From: Dehalococcoidia bacterium
GTDB taxonomy: Bacteria > Chloroflexota > Dehalococcoidia > Bin125
Direction of reading: 5' to 3'
Assembly (NCBI GenBank): GCA_963555985.3
Contig: OY820591.1
Coordinates: 2,272,001 to 2,336,000 of the forward strand
Length of the DNA stretch: 64,000 nt
This document shows positions 1-9,530 of the stretch, piece by piece. The notes beneath the pieces were generated by a model. It was not told where the DNA came from. It worked only from the letters and a program-made list of their open reading frames with translations, and searched no databases. How positions within the stretch are numbered: the first letter of the stretch is position 1; every line of letters begins with the position of its first letter. The position numbers and the translations under genes were made by a program.

Positions 1-1
1 G

Positions 2-1009
2 ATCTGGCAGCGGCTGGTTGGGCTGGTTGATGTCGTGATTGACGCTGCCGGTCAGACCTTGCTCGACGATCTTGGCGGCGGCTGGGAGTGGGCTGAAGCG
101 CAGGCGGAGCTGCGCGATTGCGTCTGGTGCAGCATTACTCCGTTCGGGCGCAGCGGTCCTCGGCGGGATTGGGCGGCGAACGACCTGGTCCAGCTTGCGC
201 TGGGCGGGCCGATGATGAGCAACGGCTACGACGATCACAGCCTTCCGCCGATCCGGCCCGAGGGCGAGCACAGCATTGCGATCAGTAACGAGTACGCGGT
301 TGCCGGCCTGCTCGCTGCGCTCTGGATGCGGTATGCCGGGTACCCAGGCCAGTTGGTTGATGTGTCTATCCATGAGGCGGTCTCTGCGACGACTGAGGGG
401 GCGTTTCCCAACTGGGAGTACTTTGGTCGCCTCGTTCAGCGCCAGACCGGGCGTCACGCTTCTCCCGACCCTTCTGCTCCATGGCAATTCCTCGCTGCGG
501 ACGGTGAGTATGTCTGTCTGATCAACGGCGGCCTGCCTCGCGGCGGGGCCGCTTGGGAGGGGTTGCTCGACTGGATGGACGAGCATGACGCGGCAGGCGA
601 CCTGCGCGATGCCCAATATCAGGAGCTGCTGTTCAGTGATCCTCGGGCGAACCCGCAAGGTCGTCGGCATGTCGCCGATACGATTGGCGACTTCGTCCAG
701 AGCCTGCACGCTGAAGAGGTGTACCGCCGCAGCCAGTCATTGCACTTTGCCTGGGGGATCGTGCGCCGGCCTGAGGAGAATCTGGATGATCCTCACTGGG
801 CTGATCGGGGGTTCTTCTGGGAGGGCGAACTGCCTGGGGGTGAGCGCACTGTTCGCTATCCCGGGGCTCCGTATCGGTTTACTCGGTCTCCGGTTCGGCT
901 TCGTCGGCGGCCTCCTCTGCTCGGGGAGCACAACTATGAGGTGTATGTCAGGGAGTTGGGATTGACGTCGGGGGAGTTGCGGGGTTTGCTTGAGTCTGGG
1001 GTTGTCTAG
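2..1009 (+). CDS. Class III CoA-transferase (CaiB/BaiF family), 5'-partial
   Basis: SITPFGRSGP..W.ANDLVQLALGG and C-terminal PPLLGEHNYEV motifs; frame is open from the window start. Confidence 0.9.
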   Translation: MWQRLVGLVDVVIDAAGQTLLDDLGGGWEWAEAQAELRDCVWCSITPFGRSGPRRDWAANDLVQLALGGPMMSNGYDDHSLPPIRPEGEHSIAISNEYAVAGLLAALWMRYAGYPGQLVDVSIHEAVSATTEGAFPNWEYFGRLVQRQTGRHASPDPSAPWQFLAADGEYVCLINGGLPRGGAAWEGLLDWMDEHDAAGDLRDAQYQELLFSDPRANPQGRRHVADTIGDFVQSLHAEEVYRRSQSLHFAWGIVRRPEENLDDPHWADRGFFWEGELPGGERTVRYPGAPYRFTRSPVRLRRRPPLLGEHNYEVYVRELGLTSGELRGLLESGVV

Positions 1010-1035
1010 GGGTTGTTGGGAGTGAGTGCATAGGG

Positions 1036-1064
1036 CCCCTCACCCTCTCCCAGAGGGAGAGGGG
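1036..1064. repeat. REP-like palindrome (CCCTCTCCC-N-GGGAGAGGG family)
   Basis: CCCCTCACCCTCTCCCAGAGGGAGAGGGG; related copies near 19713 and 48677. Confidence 0.75.
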
Positions 1065-2131
1065 ACCGGAGGGAGCCTCGGTAGCTCGCAGGAGAAGTCG
1101 AAGTCGATGGGGGCGTGGACTGGGTGGGTTGAACCGGCGAGGCCTCCGCTGAAGACGGCGGAGTACATGCCGCCGCCGCCGGCGACGATGAGGACGAGGT
1201 CTTCAGGACCTCGCAATGCGGGTAGGTGGGCGTCGTCGTCGCGGAAGGCTCGCTTTGTGGCCCAGCCCCGCATGACTGAGTTGGGGGTCACGGCCAGCTT
1301 CACGAGGCGCTCAATGACATCCTCGCGGCTGAGTCCGGCGGCGGCGAGGACTCCGGCGTGGACGGGGTTGAGCGCGACGAGCACGGGGCCGCAGCCGATC
1401 TGGGTGTTGTTGGCGCCGGCAATGGCGATCGATCCGGCGACGACGCGGAGGATGCGTTCGTGGGCTTCGGGATCGTCGTCGTCGGTTTGCATCATCACGG
1501 AGTGGGGTGCGTCGACGCCGACGAGCGTGAGCGCGGACTGGTCGGCGTCGTAGCCGAAGGCGGTGTGGAGCGGCGGGAAGGGGCTGCCTTCCTCATCCTC
1601 GGCGAGGCAGCAGGTGAACTTGCCGGGCTGACCGAGGGCGGCCATGTCGCCGTGTCCGGGGCGTGCGCCGCCGATGTTCATCAGGCAGAGGCGCAGGGCG
1701 CGGCCGATGCTGGCGTTGGCGCGATGGCCCGGGCCGAGGGCGCCCCAGCCGGAGGCGATCGGGCCGCAGACCTCCCGCGCCGGTCCGTTGACGATGATCA
1801 CCGGTCCCAGGCCGTGGGTCGTCGACTGCATGTTGTCGATGTCGAACTCGGGATTGGTGACTGCCCTTACGGCGGCCAGGACGACGGGGAAGTGCTCCGG
1901 GCGGCAACCGGCCATGACGGCGTTGATCGCGATTTTCTCGACGGTCGCCTGGCCGGGGCCGATCTCGCCGACAATGATGTCGGGGTCGAGTTCCACACCG
2001 GCGAGCAAGGCTTCGACCCGCTCTTCGGTGGGGATGACGACCGGCAGGCCGTCGGTCCACTCGCGCATGTGGAAGAGTTCGAGCGCCGTCGCCTCGTCGG
2101 AGGCCTGGTGGCGCGTGGCGACCAGGGTCAT
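1040..2131 (-). CDS. Conserved protein typically partnered with UGSC-type proteins
   Basis: WTDGLPVVIPTEERV, ATVEKIAINAVMAGC.PEHFPV and RANASIGRALRL motifs; ATG overlaps the upstream stop (ATGA). Confidence 0.8.
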   Translation of the reverse strand: MTLVATRHQASDEATALELFHMREWTDGLPVVIPTEERVEALLAGVELDPDIIVGEIGPGQATVEKIAINAVMAGCRPEHFPVVLAAVRAVTNPEFDIDNMQSTTHGLGPVIIVNGPAREVCGPIASGWGALGPGHRANASIGRALRLCLMNIGGARPGHGDMAALGQPGKFTCCLAEDEEGSPFPPLHTAFGYDADQSALTLVGVDAPHSVMMQTDDDDPEAHERILRVVAGSIAIAGANNTQIGCGPVLVALNPVHAGVLAAAGLSREDVIERLVKLAVTPNSVMRGWATKRAFRDDDAHLPALRGPEDLVLIVAGGGGMYSAVFSGGLAGSTHPVHAPIDFDFSCELPRLPPVPSPSGRG

Positions 2132-2658
2132 CGGGCGCGCCCCTCGAGCAGGTCGATGATGCCGGGCGCGGCCTCGCGGGCGACGCGGGCGAGGTTCTCG
2201 TCGCCAGTGCCTGAGCAAGGGTGAGGCAGGACGTAGCGGGGCACGGCGGGCATGCCGACGGCCTGGGCGGTGAAGGCAGCCAGTTCGACGAACACCTCCG
2301 TCACGATGGCGACGGATGGGAGGCCGGCCTTGGCGAAGATCGCTCCGTCACGCACGGTGCCGGAGGTGCAGCCGCCTCAATGTCCCCAGGCAGCGAGCAC
2401 CACGTCGCACTCTTCAACGATGACGGAAACCTGTTCGTCGGTCACGGCGGCGACGTTGGGCTTTTGGTAGTGGCGGAAGGTGGCCTGCGGCATTGCGGCC
2501 GCGAGTTCCGTCTCCAACTTGTGCATGAAGCGGGTGCCGTCGGGGAAGGCGTTCGAGACCAGGCCGACCGTCAGCGGGCCGCTGGTGTCTGCGAAGAGCT
2601 CGTAGGGCTCAATGGCGATGCCGCCCTCGGCGGTGGGATCGAGGAATGTGACGGGCAT
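2128..2658 (-). CDS. UGSC-family selenoprotein (Sec at TGA 2379-2377, motif H-U-G-G-C-T-S), 176 aa
   Basis: ORFs 2377..2700 and 2128..2355 share a frame; readthrough gives AAWGH-U-GGCTSGTVRDG; RBS GAGGAGG before the ATG at 2658; downstream hairpin. Confidence 0.85.
2343..2365 (-). promoter_or_regulatory. Candidate bacterial SECIS hairpin
   Basis: CTCCG-G-CAC-CGTGC-GTG-A-CGGAG starting 11 nt after the UGA. Confidence 0.55.
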
Positions 2659-2678
2659 GGCAGCCTCCTCAGAGGACA

Positions 2679-3164
2679 CTAGGGGATTTCCGTTGGGCAT
2701 TCGCGGTGGATGCCGAGCACTGCGAGCTGGCGGCCGCCGCCCACGAAGCAGGCGACGCAGGTGGAGAGGTCGAGGATCTCGTCGTCAGAGAACAGGGCGC
2801 GCAGGCCGACCCAGTAGTCGTCGTCCATCGAGGAGTGGTCGTAGCAGAAGCGCTCGGCGAAGTCGATCGCGGCGCGTTCTCGATCCGTGTAGAGCGGGCT
2901 CTCGCGGTAGTTCGAGACCTGCTGGTACACCTCTTCGGTCAGGCCGTTCTGCATCGCCGATGCAGAGCGGGTGTCCAGTCAAACCGAGCACTGATTGATC
3001 TCGGCGATCCTCATGCGCACGACTTCCCGTTCTCGAACGGGCAACTGGCTGTGCTCCATCACGGCTCGGGAGAGCGCGCTCATTGCGGCCCCCAGTTCGG
3101 GTCGGGGCTGGAAGAGGCGAGTGCTTTCTTCGCCTTCACCCGGGGCGATGTCAATCCGTGCCAT
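2679..3164 (-). CDS. AhpD/carboxymuconolactone decarboxylase-like selenoprotein (CxxU; Sec at TGA 2981-2979), 161 aa
   Basis: ORFs 2979..3164 and 2679..2954 are in frame; REVVRMRIAEINQ-CSVU-LDTR and YTDRERAAIDFAE are typical of AhpD/CMD. Confidence 0.88.
2948..2966 (-). promoter_or_regulatory. Candidate bacterial SECIS hairpin
   Basis: Perfect stem TCTGCATC-GGC-GATGCAGA 12 nt after the UGA; loop starts with G. Confidence 0.7.
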
Positions 3165-3282
3165 GTCTTGCTCCCTCTATTGCAACGATATTACCGTCGG
3201 CGACTTGGCCTCACAACGCTCCGTCTTTCGTCATGCAATTTGGAGGGACGTCCTTCTGGAGAGTTGTGCGTAAATCGATCTC

Positions 3283-3535
3283 TCCGTCATTGCCGCGCTC
3301 CGTCGCGGCAATCTCGCCGCGCGGGCGACGATGGTGCAGAGAACGGCGAGATACCCGCGGCAAGCGCGGGTATGACGGAACTCTAGGATCCAGGTTTACG
3401 TACAGGTCTCCTCGGGGGTGCCGCAGGCGGAGGGGGCAGGGAGCATCGCTGTTGCGGCACGACTGTATCTGGTCGGGATCGGGGACCCCCTCTGTCTCTT
3501 CGCGGGTATGACCCCGTATCAGGTACGAGGCAGGC
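3283..3535. repeat. Composite REP-like cluster
   Basis: TCCGTCAT...ATGACGGA-bounded unit with two internal hairpins (3283-3379), plus CGCGGGTATG-ACCCCGTATCAGGTACGAGGCAGGC (3501-3535). Confidence 0.7.
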
Positions 3536-3585
3536 GTGGACGCGGGGCTTGACCTCCAATGCGCTCCAGGGAGTGTGTACGGGCT

Positions 3586-4362
3586 CTAACGTGCGCGAGT
3601 GCCGCCGTCGACGTTGTAGATGCCGCCGGTGATGTAGGAGGCGTCGTCGCTGGCGAGGAAGGCCACCATTGCGGCGATCTCCTCGGCTTCGCCGTAGCGT
3701 CCCATGGGCGTTGAGGCGGCGAGGTTGCGGTGTACGGCTTCCGGGTCATCCGGGTTGACGCCGCGCTCCATGGCGCGCATCATGCGCGTCTCGATGGGAC
3801 CGGGACAGATGGCGTTGACGCGGATGCCGTCGTCGACCAGGGCAATGGCGGCGGACTTGGTCAAGCCCACGACGGCGCTCTTGCTGGCCCCGTATGCCGC
3901 TGCCGCCGCGGTGGCCTGAAGCCCCGCAACCGAGGCCGTGTTGATGATCGCGCCCCCGCCCGCTTGCTGCATCGCACGTCCTACAGCCTGCAAGCCTAGG
4001 AAGACGCCCTTGACGTTGACGGCGAAGACTCGATCGAATTCGTCTTCCGGGTAATCCAGCAGCGATCCGACCCAGCCCTCGATTCCTGCGTTGTTGAAGA
4101 ACACATCGATCTGCCCGAATTGGTCGAGCGCCGCCTGGACATAGCCGTTGACCTCGCCGGCGACGGTGACATCGGCTGGATAGGTCGCGATCTGGCCGCC
4201 GGCGCGGTGTACCGTTGCCACCGTTTCGTCCAGGTCGGAGTTGGGCAAATCAACGGCCAGGATGCGGGCGCCTTCGGAGGCGAAACGGACGGCGGTCGCC
4301 CGGCCGATGCCTCCGGCGGCTCCGGTGATCACGACGACCTTGCCTTCGAATCGGTCTGGCAT
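3586..4362 (-). CDS. Short-chain dehydrogenase/reductase
   Basis: TGAAGGIG, NNAG, YGASK and VNAICPG motifs. Confidence 0.95.
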   Translation of the reverse strand: MPDRFEGKVVVITGAAGGIGRATAVRFASEGARILAVDLPNSDLDETVATVHRAGGQIATYPADVTVAGEVNGYVQAALDQFGQIDVFFNNAGIEGWVGSLLDYPEDEFDRVFAVNVKGVFLGLQAVGRAMQQAGGGAIINTASVAGLQATAAAAAYGASKSAVVGLTKSAAIALVDDGIRVNAICPGPIETRMMRAMERGVNPDDPEAVHRNLAASTPMGRYGEAEEIAAMVAFLASDDASYITGGIYNVDGGTRAR

Positions 4363-4510
4363 TGGCAATCCTCGGTCTTCGTTCAGGTTGCGGCGCGCCT
4401 ACCAGCGGCCGCCGGGGTCAGTGTAAGAAGAACTGATCGTGAGATTGATCGCTGGACCGCGCTCTAGACTGCGCACTCCGGACGCGCTGCGGCTGGAGAG
4501 ATGCAGGCGG

Positions 4511-4723
4511 ATGAGCTTCTCCACGCACCCTCAGTTCCTCAACGAACATCGGCCCGATCATGGCTGTGGCGGCTGCTGGCGGTCGTTTCCTCGGGCGTGT
4601 CGATGCGGCGGGCAGATCCACGCGGAGCGGGGAGATGAGAGCGAGGCCGGGGATGTCTGGCTCAGGCGCTGGTGCTCGGAGTGCGGGATCGATTGGGACG
4701 AGCCGATTCGGGCGAAGTCGTAG
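4511..4723 (+). CDS. Small Cys-rich hypothetical protein (possible zinc-binding)
   Basis: 70 aa with CGGC, CRC..H and CSEC; fills the gap between genes. Confidence 0.5.
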   Translation: MSFSTHPQFLNEHRPDHGCGGCWRSFPRACRCGGQIHAERGDESEAGDVWLRRWCSECGIDWDEPIRAKS

Positions 4724-4772
4724 GCAGCGGGATGGGAGCGGGTCCCCGCGTGAAGCGGGGACTGGGAACGGA

Positions 4773-5150
4773 TCAGGGCTCCGGTTGGAAGTGGGGATGG
4801 GCGACGGCCTCATCGGGCCAGAGGAAGTCGAATCCTGCTTTCAGGGCGTATTGGCGGTCCAGGTCCTCGCGGTCGCCGATGTGCAGATAGACATCCGCCT
4901 CAAACTTGGCTTTGACGTCGGGCAGCATGTGCTTGCCGACGACGAAGTCGACCTCGATGTCGTGGGTGGCCCAGAGCGCTCGTTGACTGCTGAGGGTGCG
5001 ATCGGAGCAGCTGCCGATCAGGAAGCTCTTGTCGCGTACCAGGCGAACCATGTCCATCGTCAGGGGGCCGGGGGGATCGCCGACTTCCAGGGTGCCGTCG
5101 ATATCGAAGCTGATCAGAACCGTCACGGGCGACTCCTCGTCCTCTGGCAT
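4773..5150 (-). CDS. Minimal HAD-superfamily hydrolase
   Basis: ISFDIDGTL and HIGDREDLD motifs. Confidence 0.85.
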   Translation of the reverse strand: MPEDEESPVTVLISFDIDGTLEVGDPPGPLTMDMVRLVRDKSFLIGSCSDRTLSSQRALWATHDIEVDFVVGKHMLPDVKAKFEADVYLHIGDREDLDRQYALKAGFDFLWPDEAVAHPHFQPEP

Positions 5151-5159
5151 GGCGGACGC

Positions 5160-5202
5160 CCCCTTTCAGCCTTTGGCAGCTTCCCCCTTGGGGGGAAGCG
5201 GG
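5160..5202. repeat. REP-like palindrome
   Basis: GCTTCCCCCTTGGGGGGAAGC hairpin preceded by CCCCTTTCAGCCTTTGGCA, intergenic. Confidence 0.6.
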
Positions 5203-5210
5203 AAACTGAT

Positions 5211-6533
5211 CTAATCGAGGCTGGCGCTCCAGACGGTGTAGTTGCCGCCGAGGGGCATCGGCCCGCCCGAGACTCCAACTTCCGGCTTGACGCCGGTGAC
5301 CTGTCTGGCGCCGGCGCGGCCTTGCAGCTGTTGAATGCAGTCCGTGTGCATCCAGACGCGGCTGCGGCCACTGCCCACGTTGCCGCCGCTCGGGGAAACG
5401 GGGTTGGGGCCTTCGATGCTGATGTCGGTCTGGTAGAAGTCCAGCGCTTCGCCGAATTTGATCCCGCGATAGCCCAGGCCTTCCAGGTGGAATTGGTGGA
5501 AGAGCGAGAAGCCGTCGTACATGTTCTCGAAGGAGAGATCGTCGGCGGTGATCCCCGCGCCCTCGTAGATCTTGCGCGCGGTGCGGGCGGTGTCGGCTTC
5601 CACCTCATCGAGCGTGGGCAGCAAGCTGCGCGGTCGGGTGTTGCTGGAGGCGTGATTGAGGATGTAGACCGGCTTCTGCTTCATGTCCTGGGCGCGCTCG
5701 GCGGTGGAGAAGAGGTAGGCACCGGACATCATGATCGGAATGTCGTTGTCGAACAGGTTGGCGGGCTTGGCGATCCAGCGGGAGGCGAGATAGTCCTCCG
5801 GGATCAGTTCCTCGGGCCGGTGCTGAGCCCAGTAGCCCTCCGGGAACCTGAGGCCGTTGCGGCGCGAGTTCTCCATGAAGGGGGCCATCATTTCGTGCGT
5901 CTTGCCGTACTTGCGGCAATACTCCGCGAATTGCAGGGCTGTGCTGTAGGAGGCGGGACCGCCCCAGAGTTGGGTGATGGCTGGGGTGCCGGGCAGAGCG
6001 TTCCCGGCGTTGGCGCCGCCCTGGTAGTAGCGGCCCTCGAAGTTGTGCCAGCTCTTAACGACTAGGCAGGTGTGAGTGAGACCGTCGCCCACTGCCTGAG
6101 CGGTGACGTTGAGCGCGTTCGACATGCAGCCGGGGCCGTACATCGTGAACTTGACGTTGGTCAGTTCGGGCATGTTCGCCAGCAGCCACTCCGCGCTGAG
6201 CTTGGCGATGCCGTCGAGCGGGTCGTCGGTCTGCTTGAAGCTCTGGATCACGTCCATGGGAAGCGGCTTGCCCTGCTCCCAGAACGCGCCGGTCGTGGTG
6301 ACGGGGACCACGACCAGACCATCGATCTGGTCGGGCGCGACGCCGGCGTCGTCGATCGCCTTGCGCAGCGCATCGATGGTGATGGCGCCAACGCAGGTCT
6401 CGGGCCGGCCGTCCCAGCGCCGGGCCGTGGGCGCGTGACCGACGCCGACGGCGGCGACCTTGCCGCGGTGCTCCCAGATGCCGAGGCCTTCGTCGTTGCG
6501 GTAGATCGCATCCGGTGCAGTTGGTGTTGTCAT
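5211..6533 (-). CDS. Thiolase-like (SCP2-type) protein
   Basis: VAAVGVG, ENMYDGFS, PVSPSGGNVGSG and QLQGRAGARQV motifs; paired with a DUF35 gene. Confidence 0.85.
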   Translation of the reverse strand: MTTPTAPDAIYRNDEGLGIWEHRGKVAAVGVGHAPTARRWDGRPETCVGAITIDALRKAIDDAGVAPDQIDGLVVVPVTTTGAFWEQGKPLPMDVIQSFKQTDDPLDGIAKLSAEWLLANMPELTNVKFTMYGPGCMSNALNVTAQAVGDGLTHTCLVVKSWHNFEGRYYQGGANAGNALPGTPAITQLWGGPASYSTALQFAEYCRKYGKTHEMMAPFMENSRRNGLRFPEGYWAQHRPEELIPEDYLASRWIAKPANLFDNDIPIMMSGAYLFSTAERAQDMKQKPVYILNHASSNTRPRSLLPTLDEVEADTARTARKIYEGAGITADDLSFENMYDGFSLFHQFHLEGLGYRGIKFGEALDFYQTDISIEGPNPVSPSGGNVGSGRSRVWMHTDCIQQLQGRAGARQVTGVKPEVGVSGGPMPLGGNYTVWSASLD

Positions 6534-6575
6534 TGCTCGTATTCCTTGGCGTAGGGGCGGTCAGGCGGATCGGGA

Positions 6576-6989
6576 TCAGTTGGCGATCACTCGCCACTCG
6601 GGGACGAGTTGACCGTTGGCCGAGGGCTCGAAGATCACTTCGACCGCCGCGCCGACCGGCACGTCGTCGACCGGTACGCCGGGCAGGTGCGAGTACATCT
6701 GAATGCCCGGGTCGTCGTCCAGCATGATCACGGCGAGGTTGAAGGGCTGATCTTGTTGGAGCAGCCGCACGGGGCAGTCGTGCACGACGCCGTAGTTGTA
6801 GATCGTGCCGCGCCCGCTGACCTGCTTCCACTCGAGTTCGCCGCCGTCGCCGCACTCGCGGCAGGCGTCCGACGGCGGATGCTGCAAACGATCGCAGTCG
6901 ACGCAGTTCTGGATGACGAGGCGCTCTTCGTTGGCGGCGTCCCAGAAGGGTTGAGTGAGGCTGTCCGGCTCGACGCCTTGCTTGGTCAT
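6576..6989 (-). CDS. Zn-ribbon/OB-fold (DUF35) protein
   Basis: PFWDAA..RLVIQNCVDC....HPP...CREC and SGRGTIY motifs. Confidence 0.92.
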   Translation of the reverse strand: MTKQGVEPDSLTQPFWDAANEERLVIQNCVDCDRLQHPPSDACRECGDGGELEWKQVSGRGTIYNYGVVHDCPVRLLQQDQPFNLAVIMLDDDPGIQMYSHLPGVPVDDVPVGAAVEVIFEPSANGQLVPEWRVIAN

Positions 6990-7175
6990 CGCTTCCTCCC
7001 TGTCGCTGCGCAGCGCTGCTCAACCGTCTGCGGCGCTGGTACAGAATAGTGGCAGCGGCGGAGCGCGGCTTGCTCGCCCGCCATTCTTCCTCAAGACTCG
7101 CGCGTCGCGGTCGCATCTCCGCTTGCTAGGCTGGCCCTGACGATCATCCTTGGCATCGTCGCAGAAACTCAGCCC

Positions 7176-7478
7176 ATGTCCACTCAATACTCTCCCAACG
7201 ACGCGCGCACCATCAACGCCTCTGAGTTCGAAGCCCGCTGCCTCGCCCTGATCGACGAGGTAGCCGAAACCGGCGCGCCGATCACGATCACCAAAGACGG
7301 CCAGCCGGTCTCCCGTCTCGTTCCCTGCACTCCGGCGGAACGCAAGGGCCCGCCCTTCCCCAGTCCGATTGGCGCAGATCGAGACATCCTCATAATTTAT
7401 GACGACGACGCTCTCGTGGAGCCGCTGGCGAATGATTGGGAGGAAGAGTGGGACAAGCAGTGGGAGGAGTGGCTGTGA
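7176..7478 (+). CDS. Phd/YefM-family antitoxin
   Basis: INASEFEARCLALIDEVAETGAPITITKDGQPVSRLVP. Confidence 0.9.
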   Translation: MSTQYSPNDARTINASEFEARCLALIDEVAETGAPITITKDGQPVSRLVPCTPAERKGPPFPSPIGADRDILIIYDDDALVEPLANDWEEEWDKQWEEWL

Positions 7479-7879
7479 TCCTGCTCGATACGCATGTCCT
7501 GCTTTGGGCTCGGGCAGGCAGGTCGCAATTAGGCAGACAGGCTGCGGCGATAGTGAATGAAGCTTGGAGGCGTGGCGAGGCGGCCGTCTCGGCGCTGACG
7601 TTCTGGGAGCTCGCAATGCGCCAAGCAAAGTTACAGCTCACCTTGGACACCGGCATAGATCTGGCAACGTGGCGCATTCGACTCCTGGACAGCGGATTGA
7701 ACGAGATTCCTCTCAACGGAGAGATCGGTATCCGCGCCGGACTCCTGGCCGACCTCCACGGCGATCCCGCCGACCGCATCATCGTCGCCACCGCTCTGGA
7801 AGGCCACCAACTGGTCACCGCCGACCGGCGCATTCTCGGTTGGAGCGGCCAGCTCGAACGAATCGACGCCAGGCGCTAG
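7475..7879 (+). CDS. vapC: VapC (PIN domain) toxin
   Basis: ILLDTHVLLW, SALTFWEL and HGDPADRIIVATA motifs; GTGA overlap with the antitoxin. Confidence 0.92.
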   Translation: MILLDTHVLLWARAGRSQLGRQAAAIVNEAWRRGEAAVSALTFWELAMRQAKLQLTLDTGIDLATWRIRLLDSGLNEIPLNGEIGIRAGLLADLHGDPADRIIVATALEGHQLVTADRRILGWSGQLERIDARR

Positions 7880-7886
7880 CCCCGAT

Positions 7887-9530
7887 TCAGAGCGGAACCG
7901 CCAATCCGTCACTCCGTGGATCGCTCCCGCCGACCAATACGCCCGCCTCCGGATCGCGCACGATCACCTGGCCTTTGCCCACGACGCCCGTCCGCATCTC
8001 GCCGGTCGCCGGCATGACTGGGTGGCCTCGCAGCGCCAGCTTCGACAGCACCTCAATCCCCAGCGTGTCCTCGACGTAGATGCGACCGTTCGGCGGCTCC
8101 TCGTACATCGAGACCCTCGGCTCATCGATCGCGGATTGCGCGTCCATCCCTCGATCGATCAGGTTGATCGCCACTTGTGTCTGGCCCTGCGGCTGATTCC
8201 AGCCGCCCATCACCCCATAGCTGGCAAACAGCGAGCCGTCCCAGCGCGTGATCATGCTGGGCATGATCGTGTGATACGGACGCTTGCCTCCAGCGATCGC
8301 GTTCGGGTGATCGGTATGTTCTCGATCCACTACGAACCCTGCCCCGCGATTCTGCAAGCTGAACCCGCACTCGCGCGGCACGATGCAAGTGCCAAAGCCC
8401 TCGTAGTTCGAGTTAATGAAGGAGCAGGCGTTCCCGTCGCCGTCCGCCGCCGAGAGGTACACCGTGTCCGACTTCCCTGGCAACAATCCGCTCGCTGCGT
8501 GCTCGATCGCGCAGTCAGGATCGATCAGCGCCCGCCGCTTGGCCGCATACGCCTTGTCCAGCATCGCCTCAACCGGAACCTCCGACTTGACCGGATCTGC
8601 CACCAGCGCCCGCGCATCGGCGAATGCCAGGCGCAGCGCCTCGAGCACCACGTGCAGATATTCCGCCGAGCGCGCCGGCAACGACGGAATGTCGAACCCC
8701 TCGAGAATGTTGAGCGCCATCAGCGTCGTGATCCCCTGTCCGTTCGGAGGGCATTCCCACACTCGATAGCGCCGGTAGGTCGTCGAGATCGGATCCTCAA
8801 ACGTCGAACAATGATTGGCCAGGTCTTCCGCAGCCATCACGCCTCCGTGACCCTCCAGCGCCTCTACGATCTTCGCCGCCGGACGACCCTGATAGAACGC
8901 TGCCGGCCCACCTTCAGCCAACTCCCGCAGCACTCGCCCCAAGAGCGGATTGCGCCAGACCTGTCCCGCCTTCGGCGCTTCGCCATCCAACAGCATGTCC
9001 TGTCCCGCCGGACCCTGCGCCGCCAGCAACTCCGCCTGGAACGCCCAGCCGCGCGCGATCACCGGCGTCATCACAAACCCGCCCTCGGCGATCGCAATCG
9101 CCGGCGCGAGCACATCCGCCAACGTCATCCGCCCAAACCGCGACACTGTGTCATGCCAGCCCGCTGCCGACCCCGGAACCGTCACCGCGTGCGGACCCTG
9201 ACGCTGCCAGCCACCCGCGGTGCTCAGCGCAGTCTCCAGGTCGAGCGCAGCCGGACTGCGGCCGCTGCCGTTGATCGCTGAGACCGACTGATCCTCGGCG
9301 CGATAGAACAGGCAGAAGCAGTCGCCCCCGATCCCGGTGGAGGTTGGCTCGGTCACTCCGAGCACGGCAGCGGTGGCGACCGCTGCGTCGGCCGCGTTGC
9401 CTCCTTCCCGCAGGATCTGGAGACCTGCAAGCGCAGCGAGGGGTTGGCTCGCGCCGACGATCCCGCGCGTGGAGAGCACGGGCGAACGGCGCGATTCGAA
9501 GCGGATGGGGTGGTTGATGGCGTATGTCAT
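7887..9530 (-). CDS. ggt: Gamma-glutamyltransferase
   Basis: GGNAADAAVATAAVLGVTEP, catalytic DTVY, GKRPYHTIMP and SDPRSDG motifs. Confidence 0.95.
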   Translation of the reverse strand: MTYAINHPIRFESRRSPVLSTRGIVGASQPLAALAGLQILREGGNAADAAVATAAVLGVTEPTSTGIGGDCFCLFYRAEDQSVSAINGSGRSPAALDLETALSTAGGWQRQGPHAVTVPGSAAGWHDTVSRFGRMTLADVLAPAIAIAEGGFVMTPVIARGWAFQAELLAAQGPAGQDMLLDGEAPKAGQVWRNPLLGRVLRELAEGGPAAFYQGRPAAKIVEALEGHGGVMAAEDLANHCSTFEDPISTTYRRYRVWECPPNGQGITTLMALNILEGFDIPSLPARSAEYLHVVLEALRLAFADARALVADPVKSEVPVEAMLDKAYAAKRRALIDPDCAIEHAASGLLPGKSDTVYLSAADGDGNACSFINSNYEGFGTCIVPRECGFSLQNRGAGFVVDREHTDHPNAIAGGKRPYHTIMPSMITRWDGSLFASYGVMGGWNQPQGQTQVAINLIDRGMDAQSAIDEPRVSMYEEPPNGRIYVEDTLGIEVLSKLALRGHPVMPATGEMRTGVVGKGQVIVRDPEAGVLVGGSDPRSDGLAVPL

